From NCBI RefSeq assembly GCF_009914755.1, contig NC_060933.1: a stretch of 64,000 nt of DNA. The stretch is one strand, 5' to 3'. Of the stretch, positions 1 through 12,686 are shown piece by piece; the first letter of the stretch is position 1; each line of letters opens with the position of its first letter. This DNA comes from the human T2T-CHM13v2.0 reference genome, Homo sapiens. The notes below the pieces were generated by a model, which was not told the origin of the DNA, did no database searches, and saw only the letters and a program-made list of their open reading frames with translations. The position numbers and the translations under genes are program-made.

Positions 1-133
1 CATCCCCATTTTATAGATGAAGAAACTGAGGCATAGAGAAGTTGAGTCACTTGCCCACAGTCAGCCAGTGAGTAAAGCTGATTTGAATTGGTTGAACACC
101 AGAGTCTCTCCTCTTAATCTCTGCACTATACTG
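1..133 (-). mobile_element. MIR SINE fragment
   Basis: CATCCCCATTTTATAGATGAAGAAACTGAGGC is the reverse complement of the MIR core. Confidence 0.85.
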
Positions 134-974
134 ACAGGTGGGGAAACGGAGACCCAGGGAGGGTCCCAGGGGTGATGGCTGCACAGAAAGTGGGTATGGC
201 AAATGTTTAAATCAGAGCCTGCCAAAAGCACAAGCTAGGAAGTGTCTGGGCTGAAATGAAGGCCTTGGGAGTTTGACTTCTTCAATTAGGCTGTTTGTTT
301 TTCTGAGTCCAGAGAATAATTTAACTAATGGTGCTGGTTTTCTGACACTATTGATCGGCCAAGATTAAATATGTTTGTCACAGTCAAGTGAACTAATCAC
401 TTTATTGTATTTCAAATACTAATTTCATCAGATAGATGTTGGGGGGTGCCCCAGGGGGAGGTTCTGGGAGATGAGCATGTGCACAGATCGGGGTGCAGGG
501 GGAGGGCTGCCAGGCAATCGATGGAGCCAATCTGCCTAGAGGGCTCTGGGACACCAGGCTTTCTGGACGCCTGCAGCTGTGCTGCTCAGACTAGAGGAGT
601 CTGCATTTTCTCTATCCTCCCCATTGCTGTTCCACGCCCTCTTGAAATTTCTCTTCTCAGGAGAGGCAATTTCTCAACCATTATTGGAAAATGGTAGATG
701 TTCCTAAATAACTATCCTAAATCACCCCTCATCCAGTAATCCCATAGCTGCTCTGGCTCTGCTGGGTGCAAATGCTGCCTCTCTGAGCCATTAGCCATTC
801 CAGGGACCACCGATTCATGGCAAAACCTGAAAATGAACTCATCTGTCTTTCAGGTTTGGAAAGGCTTTGCCATTTCCATAGCTCATCATGTTGGACAAGG
901 GGACCCAGGGCTTATTAAATCACCCTCTGACACAATGCAACTGAGCAAGCCTCCCTGCTCAGGAGAGAGGGCGA

Positions 975-1248
975 GTATATACACGTGCACACACATAAAC
1001 ATACATGCCTGCACAGAGGCCCACAGAAACACATGTGGACACACACATGCACACACAAACATGCATGTTCATACACGTGCATGGACGTGCATACATACAA
1101 ATGCACACACATGCACACATGTGCACTATACCCCTACATAGCCCATGCACATATACATACATCCTGCATGAACATATAGCTATGTAATGCATGCACACCC
1201 ACATATGCACACTCACACATGCACACATGTGCATACACTCACATACAA
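975..1248. repeat. degenerate (CA)/(CATG)/(TACA) purine-pyrimidine low-complexity tract
   Basis: ACACACAT/GCACAC/ATACAT runs over ~270 bp; source of the His/Thr- and Cys/Val-rich ORFs. Confidence 0.9.
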
Positions 1249-1819
1249 GGTTCAGAAGTTCCCAACAGGCAAGATGTTTCTTAAACACATGAAATGGGTT
1301 TGTCCCCTGCACACAGAAGCTCCTAAGACTACTTGGTTGAGAGACTCTGAAGACAAAGTCAATTTCTCTAACTCTGAACACAAGCCTGCCAACAAGTCTC
1401 CTTTCTCATTTTATTGTATTTAATCACACCAAACACAAGCCTCAACTGTACCCCCTGGAGCTGAAGAAAGGTAGGTATCTACCTTAGACTTCTGAGGCTC
1501 AACCCTTTGGTGATTAGATGGGGGACAAGGCCAATTCCCAGCTGAACTTCAGACACTGAGGAATAACCCACCAGAATCATTGTGAACACTCGCTTAAATG
1601 GGTCCAATAAGGAGGGTCATTTCCAGAGGAACACACATGTTTCTACATGGAAGAGCCTTCTTCCACAGCTGCCCATAGAGCCCCTCGGGCTGTCTGGATG
1701 GGCTTAGCTGGCACTCTTCACTGGAGAATTGGGTTATTTTATATGTGCAATGTCTCACATCTGTACAGCTTTCAAATCTATTATCATCCAGCAATTCTGG
1801 AAGCAGATAGGGCTTTGGG

Positions 1820-1945
1820 ATTTACCATCCCTGTTTTATAGATGGGAAAACTGAAGCCCAGAGAGGGAGAGAGACTTGCTAAACATCCAGAGAGTCAGTG
1901 GCAAGTTGGAACTGGAGTTGGACTTCCTGACTGTAAGAGTGGGGA
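1820..1945 (-). mobile_element. MIR
   Basis: CCCTGTTTTATAGATGGGAAAACTGAAGCCCAGAGAGG core. Confidence 0.8.
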
Positions 1946-3282
1946 CCAGTCCTTTGTAAGTCTCTGGTCAAATCCTACCCAAGCATTCAGAGCTTTGCAA
2001 TATTCCCCTTTACCATATTTCTGTTCTTTTTTCAGTCTTTCACTCATTGCCAGATTTCTTGACTGCAGTTATGCCCTTGAGCAGAAGTCCCAAATACTCT
2101 CCAATCTGGGCTGCTCTTTCCAGACAACTTCAGGCTTGGTATCAAGAAAAAGGCTGCCTGTGTGGCTGGGTTGAGTAGGCCAAGGCCCTTGTCCTTGCCA
2201 GGTTTTCTCTATTTTTAGAAGCATTTTTTTGTGACTTCGATGCTGAGATCTGGAGCTTTCCTGGAGAGTTTTTTTCAAGCTTCAGAAGATGCATCCATCC
2301 CCAGGAATCCTACTGGGTTAAACGAGACAGAAAAAACCAGCAGCATCTCCCCAGGGAAACATCGAAAGTCAGAGCAGCAACAAACAGATTTGCTGAACAT
2401 TTCAAATCTTTGAGCATCGTTAAAACCCAGAGAGCTGTGTGTTGAGTATGTAACCTGGCCTTTTAGTCTCCTTTCATGCTATGTAACTCCAGATGTTTTA
2501 CCTCCTGAAAAGAAGTTTTTCTACATGATAGAGTACCCAATTTGCAAAAAATATCCTGGTTCCCTCTCCAAGCCAGCAAACTGTCGGCGGCATGCCAATT
2601 TTGATGTGCTCGTTAAAACCCAGACTTAGGAAATATTCCACACGTGGGTTTGGTGGTCTGAAGAATTTGGAATCAGAAGGCCTGAGCTCTGCCTTCAACT
2701 TGCTGAACCAGTTGCCTAAAGCCCCACAGAGCACTGGGACAGAGCTGGTGTTGAACACCCAAGCCACACACCCTCTGAGCAAAGAAGAATCAAATCTAAC
2801 AAGGTCAACAAGCACATCTGAACATAGGCTGGAAACAGGGAGAAGCATGTCACAGTAACCATGTCCAAAAAGATCCCAGTCAAGGCAGTGGGGTAAGGAA
2901 GTATTCCCTCTGCATTTTCTTGTTCTCTATGTGGACTTCTGGTAGCCACCATCCTGTGCCCACAGCCCCACAGAGAGGGCCTGGAGGGTACAGTAGAACC
3001 CTTGGACAGACCAGCACTGACATTTCAGGGTGGAATTATCAGGGCTCTCCCTTTAGTCCTTGTTGGGATCACTGCCAAGTCCCTTTCTCTGGTGTCAGCC
3101 TCTGGCCCTCTCTGTCATTTGTACTGTTGACCACTCACCACTACCAGAGTCCATATCCTCCCTTGCTCCTGGGACTCCACAGTATCCAAATGTACTCTCT
3201 TTTTCTGGCTGTTTTATCTCTGCAGACACGTTTTCCTCAGCCTATTCCTTGAAGATTGGTGTTCTCCAGGACCATCTTCTTT

Positions 3283-3640
3283 TCTATCTATCCTCTCTCT
3301 CTCTCACTTTCTCTATCATTTATCCTCTATCAATATCTTCTATCATCTATCAATATCATCTATCATATATTCATCCATCCATCTATTATCTGTCTGTCTA
3401 TATAATCTATCCGTTCATCCATCATCTAGTATCTATGTCAGCTATCATCCATCTATATTATCTATGTCTATCTATTATTTACCTACCCATTCATTTATTA
3501 TCTATCTATTCATTTATTCATTCATTCATCTCTATCACCTGTCTATCCATTCGTCTATCATCAATCAATCAACATCTGTCTATTCATCTATTTATCATCT
3601 ATCATCTATCTATCTATCTATCTATCTATCTAATCTATCC
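3283..3640. repeat. degenerate (TATC/TCTA/CATC)n microsatellite
   Basis: visible tetranucleotide array, purest at ~3605-3630. Confidence 0.9.
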
Positions 3641-3784
3641 ACTCCCTGCACCATCTTGCCCACCCTCGTGTCTTCCATTAACCCCATGTGATGACTCTCC
3701 AGAGTGCCAGATGTATTAATCCACCTACCTACGTAACTTCTCCACTTGATGCCCTGCAGGGATTTTTCTCACATAATGAGTCTA

Positions 3785-4100
3785 GAAGCAGGCAGTGTCT
3801 TGCATTGACTCAGCAGCTTAAGCATGTCCTAGCTGAAGTCTCTGGTTCTCTTAGCCTTTCCCTTGTGGTTGCAAGAAGGCAGCTGTAGCACTGGCCATCT
3901 CATCTGCATTCTAGACAGGAAGAAAAAAGACATGGAGAAGGGCAAAAAGACACCACTGGTTTAGAAGCCTCTTCTAAAGCGTCTTCCAAGAAGCTCCGCC
4001 CAACTGCTTCCCCTTTCATCTCCTTGGACGCTCCTACCTTCAGAGGGGCAGTGTCTTATCTGCATCTAGTTTTAGTGAGCACACTGCCATCCCCATTGTG
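3785..4100 (-). mobile_element. old MaLR LTR (MLT1J/K/L-like)
   Basis: GCAAGAAGGCAGCTGTAGCACTGGCCATCTCATCTGCATTC resembles the reverse MLT1 core. Confidence 0.5.
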
Positions 4101-5024
4101 GAAACAATAGGGAACAAGAGGAGACATCTCCCTAGACTTCTCAACCCTCTCCCCTGACTGCATCAGGCTTCTCCCACAGCCCCCTACCTGCCTGTACCCC
4201 TATCCCTCTTGGCCCCTCTGATGGGCTCCCATCCAGAGCCAGAATGATCTTTCTAGCATGAGACCCTGGTTCTAACACCCTCAGCAGCTGCTTCATCAGG
4301 GGTCTGCACCTAGATGCCCCTAGATAAAACTCACTGACCCACAGGATAAAGTTCTCAGCCTAACCTTTAAGATCCTGGAGAATCAGTATAATCTCCAGAA
4401 ACTGAAAGTTCTATTTCTTTGCTGCAATGCTCCTCGTGGGTTTCAGAAAAGTGCAGGCATCCTTGAGGGGGAAGGGTGGCTGACAACAGAGGATTTAAAA
4501 AACAAACACATTAGCTCTGGCCTGCCCAGATAATGAATAGAGGAGAAGGTTATCTATCTCACTGATTTATGTTGTTACGGTTTCTTCCATAGACCAAAGT
4601 GGGAGCATCTTTACATCTCCCGCCTTCCACATTTGCTGTGGCAAGGAAATCACATTTTCCATCAACCCTGGGAATTACTGAACGGCAGTGCTTTTATTTG
4701 TTAAGGATTGAACTTGGCCATTTCTTCTATCAGGGGCTGAGTCCTGCTGTTATGCATAACTTCTCATCCAGAGAGACACCATGGAGAATAAATCAGGACT
4801 GGGACTCAGTGTGACAGCCACATTCTGGCAGGGCTCTGGGGTCTGGGGGCTAATAGGGTTTCACTGCAGGGAGAAACTGCTTCCAACTGGGCTGGGGAGA
4901 GGAGGTGAGGCTGAGACTTTGAAAAATGAGTGGAAAAAATTTTGCCACTTCATAAAACCAGTGTCAGTGGGTGAAACATAAACCATCCAGAGACTATGAG
5001 AGCTGGCAAGGCCTTTGGGGAGTT

Positions 5025-5175
5025 TAGGGCCTCTTAATCTGTGGCTGGGTTTTATGGGGTCTGTGAACCCATGAAATTATGTGTAAACGTTTCTGTGCAT
5101 GTGTGCATTTCCAGCACACACAAAGGGGTTACAGTTCATTGCTTTCATCAATTCTCAAAGGTCAAGAACTGATCT
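5025..5175. mobile_element. hAT-Charlie-type MER fragment
   Basis: GGGGTCTGTGAACCC...GCTTTCATCAATTCTCAAAGG motif. Confidence 0.5.
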
Positions 5176-5244
5176 GGCATGACCCTCTCGTCATGAAGAA
5201 AAGAAAACTGTGGGGTCTTTGGGATAGAAGAGACCAGCCAAGTT

Positions 5245-5460
5245 CCACTGGTAGGAAAGAGGCAGAACTGGGATTAGGAATTTGCAGACTCAGGTTCCAA
5301 TTTGGCCTGGCCGGATCCCGGCTGTGTGACTTTGGGCTGGTTACCTTATTGCTCTGGTGTTTTATTACACACACATTTAAGGAGATGTCAAGGGGATTTT
5401 AAAAGGGAATTAATGACTTCAATACCTACTTACAGGAGGTGTGGAGCTGGTGCTCCATAA
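5245..5460 (+). mobile_element. MIR
   Basis: CAGACTCAGGTTCCAATTTGGC...GGCTGTGTGACTTTGGGC. Confidence 0.65.
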
Positions 5461-5496
5461 GTATTTTTTTAATCACCGAATAATGTTGAAAATCAT

Positions 5497-5935
5497 TCTT
5501 TTCAACTATCATCTATTCAGCAAATATTTGTTGACTACCTCTTATATACCACATGCTGAGTGAACAAAGTAGGCACAGTCCCTGCCCTGGCAGAGTGGGA
5601 ATTAAGAAGGGGCAGCAGTTAAGAAAACAGACCATTGTTATTGCTGTAACAATGAGCTATTACACTGTTGATGTAACCCTTGTAATGCAGTGTGATGAAT
5701 GTCATAACAGGGTCAGCATAGGAACCTGCGAGAGCACAGGGTAGGGGTACCTAGCCAGAGGTAGTGTGGGGCGGGGGAATCAGGAAAGGCTTCCCAGAGG
5801 AGGCAACAAGTAAGCTGAGACCTGAAGGAGAAGCAAGAATTGGCCAGGCAAAGGGAGGGCTGGATTATCATCTAGAGAACAACACATGCAAAGGTCTAGA
5901 GGCCAAAGAAAGCTTGGTGCACTTCTTTAGGGAAG
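5497..5935 (-). mobile_element. L2 3' end
   Basis: ATTCAGCAAATATTTGTTGA terminus; TCAGGAAAGGCTTCCCAGAGGAGG...AGCTGAGACCTGAAGGA. Confidence 0.8.
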
Positions 5936-6220
5936 TCATAGATCAGTCTTGCTGTTTCTACCTGCTGCAGGCAGCCAGGAGAAGCCATACTGAAGTGCAT
6001 TAATTCCTTTTGAAAATCCCCTTGACATCTCCTTAAATGCATTTGTAGTAAAACATTAGGGCAATAAGGTGACCAGCCCAAAGTCACACAGTCAGGATCT
6101 GGCCACGCCAAATTGGAACCTGAGAGGCCAAAGAAAGCTTGGTGCACTTCTTTAGGGAAGCCATAGATCAGTCTTAACTGATTTTAGCTGCTGCAGGCAG
6201 CCAGGAGAAGCCATGCTGAA
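5898..6220. repeat. ~97-bp direct repeat (5898-5994, 6123-6220) flanking an inverted copy of 5289-5421
   Basis: direct sequence comparison, see findings. Confidence 0.95.
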
Positions 6221-7349
6221 ATCAACATACATAGCCAGGACCTCGACATCCCTTTCATCTTTTATCACCAGTTTGTCTTTGCATTTACTTACTTAATGTT
6301 GGCACTTTTGTACATGGCCATCTCCTCCTCCCTGTCGATCCAAATAGTGCAGCTTCCCTCTAGCTCCTTGTCTCTAGAGGTGAGCAAATACTTACCTCCA
6401 GTAATGCTGGGATTAGAACCCAGATGGGACAGTCTGCTGAGCTCTTGTTGTCACAAGCAGACGATCATCGCGTGGCTTGCTGCGCTGTCCCAGGCTGGCT
6501 GAGCTCCCTGAGTTGCTGCCCTGCCAGGGACAGCCTGAGTGATCACCCCTGAGATGATTAATTCCTGCCTCCCATGGCCGGCCCTGGGTCTGCAGCCAAG
6601 TGCTGCTGTCATCTCTTTATTTTTCTGCTCTACTGTTATTGAAAATCAATAAGGCATCCAAGCTGAATGAAGTTTAGTGACTGGGACTGAGTCCATAAAT
6701 CAAATAAAAACTAAATTATATTTAAAAAGGGAAAAAGGACTAAGAAGGCTGCTTTGGGGTGGAGTGCAGTCCCTGAGAGTTGGATATCACGGAGGCAAAG
6801 AGATGAGCAAGAAATGGATACTACCTGGTTGGTGGGTGGGCTGTATCAGGACTGGAAGTACTTCCGGGAACAGCTTATCCAGTCCCCTATTTTCCAGGTC
6901 AGAAGACTGAAGTTCAGAGGGGACTGAAGTCACACAGTGAGAGGCAGACCTGGCCCCAGACCCAGGCCCTGGGCCTCCTCTGCACCCACAGTTACTCTCC
7001 TTCTACCAACCGGCCTCAAATCAATTAGAAACAACAGCTGAAGTGAAGTGAATTCTAGAGGAAACCCAAGGAAGAGGTTTTAGATTTTTATGTTGTCAAA
7101 TGTATCACTCTTTTACTTTACAGTTTCTGCATTTAATGTGGTGCTTTAAAATCCTAAACAAATATGTCTGTTTCCAGCCAAGGAGTCTCCAGAATAGTTC
7201 CTGGAGCTCACACAGAGCTGAGAATTTTTCATGTTCTCCCCAACTCAAGTGGAAAGACCTCCTACCACGCGGGATACTGAGTAGGATTCTCAGCCTTATT
7301 AGTGAGGCCAAATTAACCCTACCCTAAAAGCTGCTCTGTCACCCTCAAA

Positions 7350-8740
7350 AGGATACAATTGATTCATGCTCCAGAACAAAGTCCAATGGTATTTAAAGGG
7401 ATATAATAAAATTCAGCAACCAACAAGGTAAAATTTGCAATATCCAGCACCGAAGTGCTCCCTTGGGCAGCAAGCACAGAAATAGGAAAATGTGGGTTAC
7501 AACCGGATGGAAAACTAATTAGTAGAAACAAACCAATAAGTAATAGAAATTATAGAATTAGAAGACAAGAACATTAAAACAGCTATTATGACTCACAGGG
7601 TCAAGAAGGTAGAGGAAAATGACCAGGATGAAGAGTGAAATGGAAGTTTGTAAAATTTAAGCTCCAAATGGAATTTCTTGAAGTGAAAAATATAATATCT
7701 GAAATGAAACACATACACACAGATGGTAGTAATATGAGATTAGATTCTGAAGAAGGAAAAATCAGTGAACTTGAAGCTATAGCCTTAGAAACTATCCACA
7801 ATGAAATATATGCTTACCATAGAGCAATCATACTACTGGGCCAAGAGAAATGAAATCATGTTCACAAGAGGACTTGAATATTTATAGCTTTGTTCATAAT
7901 GACGAAGAGCTAAAAATAAGCTAAACATCTGTGAACTGATGAAGAGATACGTAAGATGTGATATATCCATTCTTTTTATTATTCAGCAATAAAAGGAATG
8001 AACTACTGATACTTGCAACAACGTGAGTGAATGTCAAAAGCATTATGTTGACTAAATTTACATGAAATTCTAGAAAAGGTAAAACTACAGTTATAGAAGG
8101 CAGATCAGTGGTTGCCTAGGGTGCAGAATGAGAGAGAGTAAATTGATTGCAAAGGGTGTAAGGGAACTTTCTGGGTTAGAAATATTTTTATTAAAGTTGT
8201 GAAGATGATTATATAACTGTGTACATTTGTGAAAACTCAGTGTGTGTATGCTGGGGGGAGTATGGGTGTAGTTATAAAAGGACAGCATGAGGGGTCCTTG
8301 TAGCGATAGAACTCTTCAGTATCTTGACTATGGTATAAATACACCAACCTACACATGTGATGACATTGTATAGAACTAAATATACACATACAAGTGAGTA
8401 TCAGGGAAAACTACACAAGATCAGTGGGGTGTTATCAATGTCAATATCCAGGTTATGATGTTGTATTATCACAATCATTAGTGGATCATTAGTGCTACAA
8501 CTAGGGGAAAACTGGTTAAGGGTATATAGGATCTCTCTGTAATATTTCTTACAACTGCATGTGTAAGACAATTTTTACAATTATCTCAAAAAAATTTCAG
8601 TGAAATTTTTCAGTGATAATTGTAATTTAATTACAATTATCTCAAAAAAATTTCAGTGAAACTAGATTGTAGAAATAAAATTGCTAAATTTTATTGTATG
8701 TAAATTATTATTTCTCAGCAAAGCTGATTTTTAAAAAGCT
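7350..8740 (+). mobile_element. old L1M fragments (ORF1-region piece, L1ME-like 3' end, L1MD-like 3' end)
   Basis: A-rich ORF1-like remnant (7635 ORF), GCAATAAAAGGAATGAACTACTGATA, CTTACAACTGCATGTG...ATTATCTCAAAA. Confidence 0.75.
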
Positions 8741-10326
8741 CTATATGACACTCTAAAACAAAGTTATGTTTCTCTTTGTAACCTGCTCCTTCAAGTGAGC
8801 TTAAATAGGACTTTTGCTCCATTTATATGAAAAATTATAAATTAGGAGTATTTAGAAGTTTCATATGTCTTTTCCTAGCACACATTGAAAATGACTGATG
8901 AATTATTTGTGTTATCCAATGATGACTGGAAAAGTTATGGGACACACCTAAAATTTCGTCCAGGGATTGAGGAAGTAATAAACTATACAGAACAGCAGGG
9001 GAAAGAATAAGCCTATTTTCTACTTATAGCCTATTGAACTTGGTCTGTTTAACAAAACAGCTATGTTTTATTACATTATGATAAAGTAATCTTACGACAA
9101 TCCCTACTTTTTAGGACTTTTTGGGTCCTTTATTAATGGCCCAATATACCCCAATATAGTAGACATTTATCCTTTTTTTGACTGCTTATTATTGAACTCC
9201 CTTTCTGATGGGCATTTATTGTACCTAATACCTGCTTTCCTCACTTCTCTTGTTGCTAGGGCCTAGGCTCAGCCATCAGTGCAGCTGCTTTGGTCAGGGC
9301 CTATTGATATAAAGAAGTAGGGGGTCTTGAAAATTCCGCTTCTGGCCATACACTGTGGCAACACTGAGTTTCCAGGGCCAGCAGAGCCAACAGCAGCAGT
9401 CAAGGCCAGATGCCAGCTGTGCAGGTGGCACATCCAGGGTTCAATGGAAGGGACTGTGGTGAAAATCCTGGCTGCTGCTTGATCGTTCTTTTGCTTGCCT
9501 GTTTTCCAATCCTTGTTGAAATTCTTCCTGACAATGTCAGTGGGGTTGGGGTTGGAGGGGGACAGATGATAAACATAATAAATAAATACTATATTCAAAA
9601 GTAAGAAATGCTGTGAAGAAAAATAAGCCCAAGTAAGGAAAATAAGGAGTGCTAAGGGGCTGAGATGGGGTGGTCTGGGCCTCATGGAGAAGTGACGTTG
9701 AGCAAAAACCAAAGGAGTTGAGGCAGGGGCCATGTGGATATCTGGGGGCCTGCGGGAGCGAAGGCCCTGACATGGGGTGCCTGGAGGCCTGAAAGAATAG
9801 CCAAGACACCAGTGTGATCAGAGTAGAGTGAGTGACGGGGAGAGACATAGGAGATAAGGTTAGAGAGGTGTCAGGGAGCCAGTCATGGTGGGCCTTCTTG
9901 GTGATTATAGAGACCTTGACGTTTACTCTCAGTGAAGTGACAGCCATGGAGGATTTTGAGCAAAATCATGCAATGCTCTGCCTTATGTTTTAAAAGCCTC
10001 ACTCTCAGTGTCTATGGATAACAGGCTGTAGGCAGACTAGGGTAGGAGAGGGAAAACTAGATTAGAGACTATATAATGATATTCCAAGAAAAAGAAGGTA
10101 GTCGCCTGGACTTGAGTGGTAGTAATGAAGGTGGTGAGAAGAGATTGGATCTGGATATATATTGAATGAAGAGCCAAGAGGATTTGCTGTCAGGAGTCCA
10201 AGTTGAGTCCAAGGTTGAGTCCAAGATGCAGCTGTCATTTACTGAGAGAGGGAGGACTGTGTAGCACGGTTTGGGGGATGACCAGGAGGTCAGCTTTGGA
10301 CATCAGAAGTTTGAGACAACTCATAG

Positions 10327-10678
10327 TGCTATGGACGGAATTGTGTCCTACTCCCCCGCCCCTTCATATGTTGAAGCCCTAACTGCCAATGTGATGATAT
10401 TTAGAGGTGGGGTTTTAAGAAGGTAATTAGGTTTAGAAGAAGTTATGAGGGTGAAGCCCTCATGATGGTTTTAGCGCCCATCTCAAAAGAGCTGCTAGAG
10501 AGCTTTTTCTCTCCTTCTCCCCATCACTTTTGGACACAGTGAGAAGGGGGCAGTCTGCAAGCCAAGAAGAGAGCCCTCAACAGAGCCTGACCATTCCAGT
10601 GCCCAGAGCTATGACAAATAAATTTCTGTGGCTTAAGCCACTCAGTGCATGTTATTTTGTTACAGCAGCCTGAGCTGA
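10327..10678 (+). mobile_element. MLT1A/A0 solo LTR (MaLR)
   Basis: TGCTATGG..AATTGTGTCC..TTCATATGTTGAAGCCCTAA start; AATAAATTTCTG..TTAAGCCAC..TTTTGTTACAGCAGCC end. Confidence 0.85.
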
Positions 10679-11236
10679 GGCTGAGTTGGATACACTTAGA
10701 TAACCAAGTAGAGATGTTGAGTTGGCAGTTGAAAACCCAAGCGTGGTTCTAAGGAAAAAGTTTAGGTATGGATGTCATGTAAAGTTGGTAATTGTTAGTA
10801 GCTAGATAGTATTAAAGCCATGAGACTAAGGAGGTCATCTAAGTGTGTATAGTGAAAAAGAAAGCATCTGAGGACTGAGACCTGGGACATATCATCAATA
10901 CAGACAGACCTTAGACATTGCAGGTTTGGTTCCAGACCAGCACAATAAAGCAAATATTGAAATAAAGTGAGTTACACAAATATTCTGGTCTCCCAGTACA
11001 TATAAAAGTTATGTTTACAGTATACTGTAGTCTAGTAAGTGTGCACTAGAGTATGTCTAAAAAATGTCCTTACCTTAATTAAAATATACTTTATTACCAA
11101 AAAATGCTAAGGATCATCTGAGCCTTCAATGAGTTGTAATCTTTTTGCTGGTGGAGGCTTCTGCCTTGATTTTGATGGCTGCTGACTCATGGGGGTGGTG
11201 GTTACTGAAGATTGGGGTGGCTGTGGCAATTTCTTA

Positions 11237-11977
<741 letters not shown>

Positions 11978-12347
11978 TGAGTCAGTCTTCTCAAATCCTG
12001 TTGCTGCTTTATCAACTAATTTTATGTACTATTCTAAATCCTTTGTTGTCATTTGAACGATGTTCATAGCACCTTCACCAGGAGTAGATTTCATCTCAAG
12101 AAATCACTTTCTTTGCTCATCTGTAAGAAGCAAATCATCTACTCAAGTTTTATCTTGAGGTTACAACAGTTAGTCATATCTTCAGGCTTCACTTCTAATG
12201 TAGTTTTCTTTCTATTTCCACCACATATATAGTTACTTCCTCCACTGAATTTTTAAACTCCTCAAAGTCATCCCTGAGGGTGGGAATCAACTTCTTCCAA
12301 ACTCTTGTCAATGTTGATATTTTCACCTCCTCCCATTAATCATGAGT

Positions 12348-12686
<339 letters not shown>

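Larger units (their letters stand above)
3100..4380 (+). mobile_element. L2 LINE remnant interrupted by a (TATC)n tract and an MLT1 LTR
   Basis: TGACCACTC..., GATGACTCTCC..., AGAGCCAGAATGATCTTTCTA, CAGGATAAAGT L2-like motifs in consensus order. Confidence 0.6.

Noticed and set aside
833-1423. Overlapping His/Thr- and Cys/Val-rich ORFs
   Set aside because: Translations of a CA/TG low-complexity tract.
3060-3719. 219-aa hydrophobic ORF resembling a membrane protein
   Set aside because: Reads through the (TATC)n microsatellite and L2 remnant; the composition is an artefact.
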